Assembly: GCA_913040915.1 (NCBI GenBank)
Contig: CAJWHW010000003.1
Location: forward strand, 20,145-84,144
Source of the DNA: an uncultured Fidelibacterota bacterium
Lineage (GTDB): Bacteria; Fidelibacterota; Marinisomatia; Marinisomatales; UBA1611
DNA length: 64,000 bases
Direction of reading: 5' to 3'
The translations under genes and the position numbers were made by a program. The notes below the pieces were generated by a model. It ran no database searches, was not told the DNA's origin, and saw only the letters and a program-made list of their open reading frames with translations. Below, piece after piece: positions 10,492-18,899 of the stretch. Position 1 is the stretch's first letter; each line of letters opens with the position of its first letter.

Positions 10492-12048
10492 TTAAAAGGA
10501 AAAACTTGTTTCTATGCTAGTCATATTTATCATCTCATCATTGTCCATTACATCACCGTCTCCATTCAAATCTTGGAATGTGCGGCGGAAAATATAGGTG
10601 AATATCATCCCATTTCCCATTCGAAGTCCAACATTATAGCCCATGATGGTAGATTCTGAATATTCAAATTCAAATGGGTTGGGTACATTCCTTTGCTGAT
10701 AGAACCAGGAAGCGCGGTCAATTTTGCTGATAGATTTCTTAAGTTTTAAAATTGCCATAAAACTTTGGTTTGCAGTCTCTTCAAATTTATTGATCGTTTC
10801 ACTATACTGTTCACCTTTTAAATTTTGATAAGATAAACCGACATCAAATAAATTACCTAAATCAAGATCTAAACCTGAAAAGATTCCATTTTGTTTTCCA
10901 TAAATTCCCAATTTATTTGCTTTGGTTTGAATCACCCCCTGATTTCCAGAAATACCTTGAAAAGTCGCTCGTTCAATTTCATATGAACGATTAAAATACC
11001 CAAATTCAAACTTCCCATTAGGTGCCATTCTAAATTCCAATGAAAAACGTGCAGGTCCTAATTTCATGGATAATCCTAACGGAATGATACCGTAACCAAC
11101 ATCTTCTTTGTCTCCGCTTATAGGATTTATCGTTTTACCCAATAGTGTAGCATATTGTGCATAGGCGTCCATTGCAATAGGCCCATCTCTTAAAAGCGGT
11201 ATACCTACATCGAAAGCAAAAGAATGAATACCTTCTGACTCTTCATCAATATTTAAAGGTTCAGGTTTTGTTTGTATATCAGTATCTAAAACAATTATGG
11301 TGTCTAAATTCCAACCAGTGATACGGCTATCCAAAGTATCTGTAATACCGTCTCCATCAATATCCAATTCGCTAGGATCACTATCCGCCCACCCATCTCC
11401 ATCCGAATCTAACCAATATAGTTTATCATTAGGAAAATCATCAACTAGATCTGGACGTCCGTCATCGTCAGAATCACGCAGTCCTAAATACTGGTTACGG
11501 TCACCTGCCCATGAAAAACTACCATTAAATCCGTAAGCCATCGGCGCAGTTACTCTTATACCTGACAAGCCAAGGTCTTCCTTAAAATCATTTGTAAAAC
11601 CGTATATATTTAGGCCCATTGATTTTGCAACAAATTCCATTCCAACTTTTCTAACTTGCGGATATAATAATGTATTTGTGTAATTACTTATTAGAATTCC
11701 GTAACCCATAGTTACATGATCCAATGCACCTACTTTAAAATAATTCTCCCCATAGCGATTACCATATTTTATATAATATATTTTATCAATTAACGTATTT
11801 TTTACTTTCTCTCCAGAAGAAAAGTCCCATTCATCCTTATGAATATTTCCATCCTGGTCAATATAAAATACCAGATCTAACGCTATAGATAATTTTCCAA
11901 AAGGCAGGATTGGACGTAGGGCTAATTGGTTCCAGATTTTGCCATCGATTGTCACTGCACCGAAAGCACCCTGTACAGATTTATCATTCTGCGCCTTAAT
12001 CAGGTTTGCTGAAAAGAATATTAAAATTATTTTTGTTTTAAGGCGCAT
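10492..12048 (-). CDS. Probable outer-membrane protein with TSP3-like Ca-binding loop insert
   Basis: Signal peptide; amphipathic beta-like segments; terminal ETSFSF; DSDDDGRPD, DSDGDGWAD and DIDGDGITD repeats. Confidence 0.6.
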   Translation of the reverse strand: MRLKTKIILIFFSANLIKAQNDKSVQGAFGAVTIDGKIWNQLALRPILPFGKLSIALDLVFYIDQDGNIHKDEWDFSSGEKVKNTLIDKIYYIKYGNRYGENYFKVGALDHVTMGYGILISNYTNTLLYPQVRKVGMEFVAKSMGLNIYGFTNDFKEDLGLSGIRVTAPMAYGFNGSFSWAGDRNQYLGLRDSDDDGRPDLVDDFPNDKLYWLDSDGDGWADSDPSELDIDGDGITDTLDSRITGWNLDTIIVLDTDIQTKPEPLNIDEESEGIHSFAFDVGIPLLRDGPIAMDAYAQYATLLGKTINPISGDKEDVGYGIIPLGLSMKLGPARFSLEFRMAPNGKFEFGYFNRSYEIERATFQGISGNQGVIQTKANKLGIYGKQNGIFSGLDLDLGNLFDVGLSYQNLKGEQYSETINKFEETANQSFMAILKLKKSISKIDRASWFYQQRNVPNPFEFEYSESTIMGYNVGLRMGNGMIFTYIFRRTFQDLNGDGDVMDNDEMINMTSIETSFSF

Positions 12049-12206
12049 TTTAAGTAAGAATTAGGAAGATAAAATTACCCTACGTCATTTTACTGAACAA
12101 CGTGTAAATGAACCATTTCTGACTATTTATAATCGTATAATCGCTCAGAAAAAATAAATCAAAACATATTCAGATAAATACAAACTTTTTTTTAATTTTA
12201 ATAATC

Positions 12207-12818
12207 TTGCATCGAGTAATTCAGATTAGTTTTTTCAAACAAATTATCGGTTTTATTATTTGGTTTACAGTTCTATTTCCACAAGTGAATCAAATAAAAA
12301 CACTTAATTTAGAGTCCAAAGTAAATGGTATTATGATTCTTATGGAATTAGATACCTTACCGGATTTAGCGAATATAACTGGTTGGCAGGCAAACTCAGG
12401 GTGGTTTTATATAACACTTTACCAATTTAAAGGTGATTCTTCCAAACTGATGCCAAAAATTCTAAATAACAGTATCCGGGACTTTCAATTCATTCGGACC
12501 AATGAATCAATACAATTAGGTATTCGCCTTAATAATCCTATTCAAAATCATGAATTTTCACTAAAGGATGAAAAAAATACATTAGTGGCATCTCTGCATT
12601 ATTCCACTGAATATTTGGCTCAATCAGATACCATCAAACAAATGGAGTTAGAGCAGCCGAAAAACATTATTAGCGATAATTTTAAAAACTGGCTTTATAT
12701 CACCAGCACAGGACTTACAGCAATAGGAATCCTAAATAGTTTCAATGATAATATAGATCATAAAACTACTATTGGGTTAGGCATTTTGATTTTTACCTTT
12801 ATTCTAGATAAAATTTGA
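12207..12818 (+). CDS. Hypothetical envelope protein (possible AMIN-like domain, hydrophobic C-terminus)
   Basis: 203-aa ORF divergent from the left gene block; hydrophobic N- and C-terminal segments; TTG start uncertain. Confidence 0.55.
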   Translation: MHRVIQISFFKQIIGFIIWFTVLFPQVNQIKTLNLESKVNGIMILMELDTLPDLANITGWQANSGWFYITLYQFKGDSSKLMPKILNNSIRDFQFIRTNESIQLGIRLNNPIQNHEFSLKDEKNTLVASLHYSTEYLAQSDTIKQMELEQPKNIISDNFKNWLYITSTGLTAIGILNSFNDNIDHKTTIGLGILIFTFILDKI

Positions 12819-12826
12819 TTGAAAAA

Positions 12827-12937
12827 ATGAAAGAATCTGTCATATTTCTAGCAATTATCTGGGCAATAGTTTTTATCATTATGGGCGTTTATCTCCGATT
12901 CAAGTATAAAGATCGATTTGATGAATTGGATAAATAA
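12827..12937 (+). CDS. Small single-pass membrane protein, 36 aa
   Basis: MKESVIFLAIIWAIVFIIMGVYLRFKYKDRFDELDK; fills the gap between two + strand genes; below ORF-track cutoff. Confidence 0.6.
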   Translation: MKESVIFLAIIWAIVFIIMGVYLRFKYKDRFDELDK

Positions 12938-14579
12938 ACTTCTTTTAAATCTGTCAATCATTTCTCTTATAAGCGCAAGCGAATTATCTGTTCGACAATC
13001 TTACCATACCCTTTTTCTCGATAGCAGTAATGTCTGTGGTACTCCGTACATAAACAATATAATTCGCCAAGGCCCCAGCGAACTAACAGAAGCTGAAAAA
13101 TTAAAGATGGATGAAGTTGGACTGTTTATTCAGGGTAATGAAATTATTTCAAAGAAATCTACTGATTTAGATCAAATATATGATACAGAACATTTTCGGT
13201 TTTATTATACTCTCGATGAATCATCTATTCATGTTGTGGAAAATCAAGGTTATGTAATCACTATGGGTGAAGTGTTTGAAAATGTCTGGGACTTTTTTAT
13301 GGATACTCTGGGATTCGAACAACCTCTTTTAAATCCGGAAAATGATCATTCACTATACGAAATCTATATTGAATATTTATCCCCTCAATATTTTGCTCTA
13401 ACATATGGGCAAGGTTTTGGAGCATCCTGCCATGGATTTATAAAAATGCGAAATTCATATTCTGGTTCACAATTTGATGATAATACAGTATTAGAAAATA
13501 TCCAGGTTACAGCAGTACATGAATTTTTTCATGCAATTCAATTCAGTTATAATTGTTATGAAGAATTCTGGTTTATGGAAGCAACTGCAGTCTGGAGTGA
13601 GGATGAATTATTTAATGATATCAATGATTTCTATCGTTATATACCTACTTTTTTTTCAAACCCAGATGATCCCATTGGCACAGAAGGTAATTTCATGTAT
13701 GGGACCTGTATCTTTTTCCAGTATATTGATGAACATTTGGGAGGGCGAGAAACCATCCGCAAAAGCTGGGATTATTCTAGAGATTATGCCAGCCCAACAA
13801 AAAATATAAGTTACATGTCAATAGATGCTGCACTTCAGGATAACAATTCCAGTTTAGAAACGGCAATAAATCAGATGCGGATAGCGAACCTAATTCTTAG
13901 TTCCAATGAAGCAGCTGGTATTTATGCGTATGATGAAGCTGATGGCTATTTAACTGTGGTAAATCATCCACCAAAAGAAGATTACCTAATATTTGAAAAA
14001 GGGAACATTGATCAGATTGAAAATTTTTCACTCCAACGCTACAGTTCACATTATTACTCTCTTACTACTGAATCTCCCGTATCATTATCACTAATAGCAA
14101 CAAGTGGAGAGTTTTACTTTACATCGGTAGTGAAAATTTATGGGACTGACCAATGGGTAGTAAAGAGTGGATCAGAACTCAATATAGATCCAAAAATTGG
14201 GATTGATTGGATCGCATTAATTGTTTCTGCAATTGGAAAAGATGCAGATAATTGGGATTATATTTTACGCTTAGATGATGGCTATTCAGAGGATTATACA
14301 TTTTACCCACCTTACCCTAACCCTTCTTATGGACAAAGCATAAACTTTCAATTTCAAGTAATCACAGAACAAACTGTTGATTTTCGAATAATTGATTTAT
14401 TAGGTCAGGAAATTTGGCATATCTCTAACTATTATGATGAACCCGAAGTCATAACTATTGTTTGGCATGGAACAAACCATTTTGGCAAACAGGTCGCAAA
14501 TGGTATTTATTTAGGTATTATGAAAGGAGAATCAAAAACAACACTACAGAAGTTTACCTATTTAAAAAAATCAGATTGA
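12921..14579 (+). CDS. Secreted zinc metalloprotease (MXAN_6640-like) with C-terminal sorting domain
   Basis: Signal peptide; TAVHEFFHAIQ and WFMEATAVWSED; C-terminal YPNP...GIY...QKFTYLK. ATG 12921 preferred over TTG 12918. Confidence 0.82.
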   Translation: MNWINKLLLNLSIISLISASELSVRQSYHTLFLDSSNVCGTPYINNIIRQGPSELTEAEKLKMDEVGLFIQGNEIISKKSTDLDQIYDTEHFRFYYTLDESSIHVVENQGYVITMGEVFENVWDFFMDTLGFEQPLLNPENDHSLYEIYIEYLSPQYFALTYGQGFGASCHGFIKMRNSYSGSQFDDNTVLENIQVTAVHEFFHAIQFSYNCYEEFWFMEATAVWSEDELFNDINDFYRYIPTFFSNPDDPIGTEGNFMYGTCIFFQYIDEHLGGRETIRKSWDYSRDYASPTKNISYMSIDAALQDNNSSLETAINQMRIANLILSSNEAAGIYAYDEADGYLTVVNHPPKEDYLIFEKGNIDQIENFSLQRYSSHYYSLTTESPVSLSLIATSGEFYFTSVVKIYGTDQWVVKSGSELNIDPKIGIDWIALIVSAIGKDADNWDYILRLDDGYSEDYTFYPPYPNPSYGQSINFQFQVITEQTVDFRIIDLLGQEIWHISNYYDEPEVITIVWHGTNHFGKQVANGIYLGIMKGESKTTLQKFTYLKKSD

Positions 14580-15440
14580 TTCTGTAATTGTTCGAATCTC
14601 TTTTAGAATTTCTAAATAGTTTTCTTTTCCTTCTGTAAATCTAGAAATGTATTTCATAGGTTTATCTTTTCTACCTACCAGAATGACATTAGCACCAGCT
14701 TCTTTTCTTGCTACTCTATCAATATTAGATAAAAACTGTTCATATTTATCTAATTTAATCCTGTATTCCTCGAGTTGAAGTGAGAGTTCTTGCACATAAA
14801 GCGAATAAGATGATTTAGGGTCTTGAAATAATGATTCATTTAAAACCTTATTAAAATAATCAATATGCGGATCCAACAATTCTCTTTTATAACGGATGGT
14901 GTACAGGTGTTTTTTCAAAGGGATTGCTTCTTCATCCACATAAATGATCATCTTTTTAACTTTTTTAAAACCCTTTTCTAGTTTTTCTCTTTCTTTCGTA
15001 TACTGTCTTTGAGATTTCTGAATAGAAATACTAAGGGAACGTAACATTTTTTGATAAGTAACGTTAGTGTCTGATGGGATTGTTTCGAGATCTATTGTAT
15101 CTGTTTTTTTCATCTTACGTACTAATTTAACCAATTCCCTTGTAAGACTATCAACTTCTAAAATAGCATTGTTCATTCCTGTGTAACTGGGATCCAATCT
15201 CTCATATATTCGCAAATCATTATCTAAATAATACCGTAACTCCTTTTTCATTATTGGTTGCAGGTCATCCATATTTCTTGTTTCGGTTTTAGACCATTGC
15301 CGAATATTCAAGATCTGAACATCTACGGAATATACGTCATGCAATCTCCAAGGCTTAATTCGTCCCGCACAGTCCGCAAAAAAAAACAGGGTTCCCACTA
15401 TTGCGAAAACCCTGGTCAATGCAAATAAACTGAAATTCAA
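14571..15440 (-). CDS. Hypothetical helical protein, possible lipoprotein
   Basis: Hydrophobic leader ending FFADC; helical charged body; stop overlaps the convergent gene by 9 nt; TTG start overlaps grx stop. Confidence 0.6.
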   Translation of the reverse strand: MNFSLFALTRVFAIVGTLFFFADCAGRIKPWRLHDVYSVDVQILNIRQWSKTETRNMDDLQPIMKKELRYYLDNDLRIYERLDPSYTGMNNAILEVDSLTRELVKLVRKMKKTDTIDLETIPSDTNVTYQKMLRSLSISIQKSQRQYTKEREKLEKGFKKVKKMIIYVDEEAIPLKKHLYTIRYKRELLDPHIDYFNKVLNESLFQDPKSSYSLYVQELSLQLEEYRIKLDKYEQFLSNIDRVARKEAGANVILVGRKDKPMKYISRFTEGKENYLEILKEIRTITESI

Positions 15441-15676
15441 ACTTTCAAATTCCCTTCATTGTAATATTGAACCAGGTTATCAAACCCACCAATGGGTTTT
15501 TCATCAATCACAATTTGGGGAACAGTACGTCCACCGGTCAATTTAAAAAGATCATCACGACTAATCTCTTTTTCTTCAATGTCTATAGTTTGAAAAGGGA
15601 GACTCAATTCATTCAATAAACTTTTGGCAGAATTACAGGGTCCACACCAACTAGTTGAGTATATTTTAATTTTCAT
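15437..15676 (-). CDS. Glutaredoxin
   Basis: WCGPC active site, RTVPQI and IGGFD. Confidence 0.92.
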   Translation of the reverse strand: MKIKIYSTSWCGPCNSAKSLLNELSLPFQTIDIEEKEISRDDLFKLTGGRTVPQIVIDEKPIGGFDNLVQYYNEGNLKV

Positions 15677-15678
15677 AT

Positions 15679-18600
15679 TTATTTCAAAAAGAGCAATTTC
15701 TGTACTTTAGTTTTTTCTCCATACTTCATAACAGCAAAATAAGTTCCTGAAGAGACTGAATTTCCTAACCTGTTTGTACCGTTCCATATAATTTTATAAT
15801 GCCCGGAAGCCAATATCCCATTTTGTAACTCAGCTATTTCTCGACCTAGGATATCAACAATAAATATTTTTATTCTGCCTGTAATCGGAATAGTATAATC
15901 CAAACTTGTTACAGGGTTAAATGGGTTAGGATAAGGCGAATTTAATACAAATTCGTTTGAATTTATTTGATCATCTACTGCTAATGGAGCAACATAATTA
16001 TCTGGTGCTTCCGTTGTGAAACGAATGACCCTTTCATTTACTAATGGGGCTGCACCAGGTGCATAAACATTATTAAAGACATACTGTAAACCGTAACTTT
16101 TTGTCGGAGATTCTATCCCAACAGTAGAATAATTTTTTGTTACATCCACATCTTCAACCTCTAAATATTGAAAATCAATAACACCGTCCCCTGTTGCAGT
16201 AGGCATAGATGATTGATCATGGAGAATAATTTGAAACGTCTCTTCTGTTTCTTCATCATAGCCATTTAATGCTCTCGACCATTCAATAATAAATCGACCT
16301 ATTTCTTCATCGAACCAAGTATATACATTGATCCAAATATCTATAATTTCATCATTATTTGTGTCAATGGTTTCCAAATCATCGGAGAAAGGAGCTAACA
16401 ACGCTTTGGGCCCCATATACATTGGAATTGACATATTCCAAAAATAATCAATATAACAAGGAACGAATGATGCCCATCCATTTGAACTTACTGTTATTTG
16501 ATTATAATTAATCCCATGATATTTAAATGTAAATGGAAGCTCTATATTTACGTGGTCATCATCATCTAATTGGTAATGTGTACCACCACTCCCTCCAAAA
16601 CCAGGATCCAATTCCACCCAATTAAATTCAGGTGTTTGTTCATAACCCACATCAGTATCATCATAGGCCCAATAACCGTACCTGTTCGGTGCAACAGGAT
16701 TATTCGTTGTAGGTGGTGAAATATGAAGTTGAACTTTTTGGGAAAAAAAAGTATTCCCTTCTTTTTGTAATTCAATTAAAAATGTTAAGTCACTGCCATA
16801 AGCAACTTCTTCAATGGAAAAATTATAATTTGTTGTATGAGATGATGTTGTAAATGGATTAAACGAAGACAAAATATCTGACGCACTATTCAGAGTAATA
16901 GTCACACCTTCTGTCAATGCAGAAACTCCAATCCATAGATCTTCATATGAACCTGCGGAAAAATTTGAAATGGATAATTCGGGTGAGATCTCTGTATTAG
17001 GTGTAACAGAACTACTTTCAAATGAAATATTGAAGAAAGGTAGTTCAACATCAACGAAAAATTCGCAAATCAAATTTCCATTTCCATCTTCCAATAACCC
17101 AATCACACCTTGACCAGCATCTAAATTGTTTATTACAAATTCAATGCTAGGCAGATTCACACTATTTCCTGGAGCTATAACAGGAACATCCAATGTAAAT
17201 GTATTCGGTGATACCCTATCAGAAAAAATAACCTGCCCAGAAAAAGCGTTGGAAGAATTTCCAGAACTATTTTCCAATGTAATAGTCAGGTTGACCAATT
17301 CCCCAAGCACAGGTTTGTCATCGCTGTTTTGTCCGATAACATGAATATTTGATAATAACAAAGTGTTATTTGTTGGCTCTGGATTAACTACTTCATGACC
17401 CTGTATAAATCCGCCTTTATTAGCATAGACATTTAATGAACTGACTCCGGACATATCTATAGTTGAAATAAATTTTCCTGATGCATCCGAAATTCCCTTA
17501 GCAATCAATACACTTCCATTCATTACACTGATTACTGCGCCCTTGACTGCATCTCCATTGTTATTTTTTACTGTTAAATTCAATAATCCATCTTGAGATT
17601 TGAATGGACCAACTTCAAAATTAAACTGCTCTGGAGTATCAACATACACCTGGAGTGAAGGGTCACCTAAAATGTTATAAACATGTGCATAAAATTCCTG
17701 AGCTTCACCAGGTCCATTTTGAGCAGGAAATTCTTTAATTAAACCTGATTGTCCTGCCTGCATAGCAGGACCTAATTCCACAATGTCATGATTTAATATT
17801 GCATCGTACATATATGCATTAATTACATTATTATATTTTGTGCTTGTGTGAAGATCGGATGGTCCGACAAATGCCACTCCGCCTTTAGGTACCGAAGGAG
17901 TTCCACCTCTCATCACAGCTTCAGCGAAACAAGGATCCACATTATTGGCAAAATCGTTTGAGTTACATACATAACTCATGAAAACCGGAGTTAGCCAGCC
18001 ATTATTCAAATCATTTACATCATCTACATGAAATTCCGGATAGTGCCATCCATTTGCATCACCCCATCCTCGGTAATTCACTATTCCTACACCACTATTT
18101 ATTGCAGGAATTATATACGGTGCTCCCTGCTGAACAGGTGGATAAAAAACCGTATCAACTTGGCTATATCCAAAATCTAATAATTCATCCATCAGCCAAT
18201 ATGATGTCCATTTAGGTGTAATCGGAATTGGATACGTATTGGCATAATTTCCAGCAACAATGAGTCCACGACTTAACCAATTAGCATCATACGCAAGTGG
18301 GTCCCTAGCGTATTTTATTGTTTTTGCCATCATGACCGCTAAATCAGATAAAGAATCAATTGAAAATCTGCCAATAAAGACATCTGGAATATTATCATTA
18401 CCAATAATGTAGGTGTATCTCTGATCTGATACGTCATTCTCCGGACCGTAATAAAAAGATGGAAATGCAGCAAAGCCATCCACATCACCAAGCAAAAGAA
18501 CATACTCTAACATAGGATTTTCAGACAACTTATTTGAAATTGTAGTTTTTATTGCTTCTGCTGTCTCTCCTGCTTCTGACAGCGGAATGACCTGAACATC

Positions 18601-18864
18601 AAATCCTTGGGAATTTTTGAATTCAATAAAGTCACCTAAATAGTTCACAATACCATCTGGTGTAATTATCATGAATGTACCTCTCTGGGGATTGATTTGA
18701 GATGGTAAAATATTATACTCATTCATAACCATATTTGTAAAAGCCATCGGTATTGGATTTCCTATGATTTGTTCCTTTGTTTTACCACGGAATAATTTTC
18801 CTTCTCCATAAACAAAACATAATGAAAATAGAAAATAAAAGATAAATATTTTATTCAGTCTCAC
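15679..18864 (-). CDS. C25 (gingipain-family) protein with Ig-like, NIDO-like and C-terminal sorting domains
   Basis: YVLLLGD, SDQRY, PDVFIGRF, YVCNSNDF and YNILGDPSL motifs; YPNPFNP...KVQKLLFLK tail. Confidence 0.88.
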   Translation of the reverse strand: MRLNKIFIFYFLFSLCFVYGEGKLFRGKTKEQIIGNPIPMAFTNMVMNEYNILPSQINPQRGTFMIITPDGIVNYLGDFIEFKNSQGFDVQVIPLSEAGETAEAIKTTISNKLSENPMLEYVLLLGDVDGFAAFPSFYYGPENDVSDQRYTYIIGNDNIPDVFIGRFSIDSLSDLAVMMAKTIKYARDPLAYDANWLSRGLIVAGNYANTYPIPITPKWTSYWLMDELLDFGYSQVDTVFYPPVQQGAPYIIPAINSGVGIVNYRGWGDANGWHYPEFHVDDVNDLNNGWLTPVFMSYVCNSNDFANNVDPCFAEAVMRGGTPSVPKGGVAFVGPSDLHTSTKYNNVINAYMYDAILNHDIVELGPAMQAGQSGLIKEFPAQNGPGEAQEFYAHVYNILGDPSLQVYVDTPEQFNFEVGPFKSQDGLLNLTVKNNNGDAVKGAVISVMNGSVLIAKGISDASGKFISTIDMSGVSSLNVYANKGGFIQGHEVVNPEPTNNTLLLSNIHVIGQNSDDKPVLGELVNLTITLENSSGNSSNAFSGQVIFSDRVSPNTFTLDVPVIAPGNSVNLPSIEFVINNLDAGQGVIGLLEDGNGNLICEFFVDVELPFFNISFESSSVTPNTEISPELSISNFSAGSYEDLWIGVSALTEGVTITLNSASDILSSFNPFTTSSHTTNYNFSIEEVAYGSDLTFLIELQKEGNTFFSQKVQLHISPPTTNNPVAPNRYGYWAYDDTDVGYEQTPEFNWVELDPGFGGSGGTHYQLDDDDHVNIELPFTFKYHGINYNQITVSSNGWASFVPCYIDYFWNMSIPMYMGPKALLAPFSDDLETIDTNNDEIIDIWINVYTWFDEEIGRFIIEWSRALNGYDEETEETFQIILHDQSSMPTATGDGVIDFQYLEVEDVDVTKNYSTVGIESPTKSYGLQYVFNNVYAPGAAPLVNERVIRFTTEAPDNYVAPLAVDDQINSNEFVLNSPYPNPFNPVTSLDYTIPITGRIKIFIVDILGREIAELQNGILASGHYKIIWNGTNRLGNSVSSGTYFAVMKYGEKTKVQKLLFLK

Positions 18865-18899
18865 AGCTATTCCTTTTGATTGATATTCGATAGGTTATC

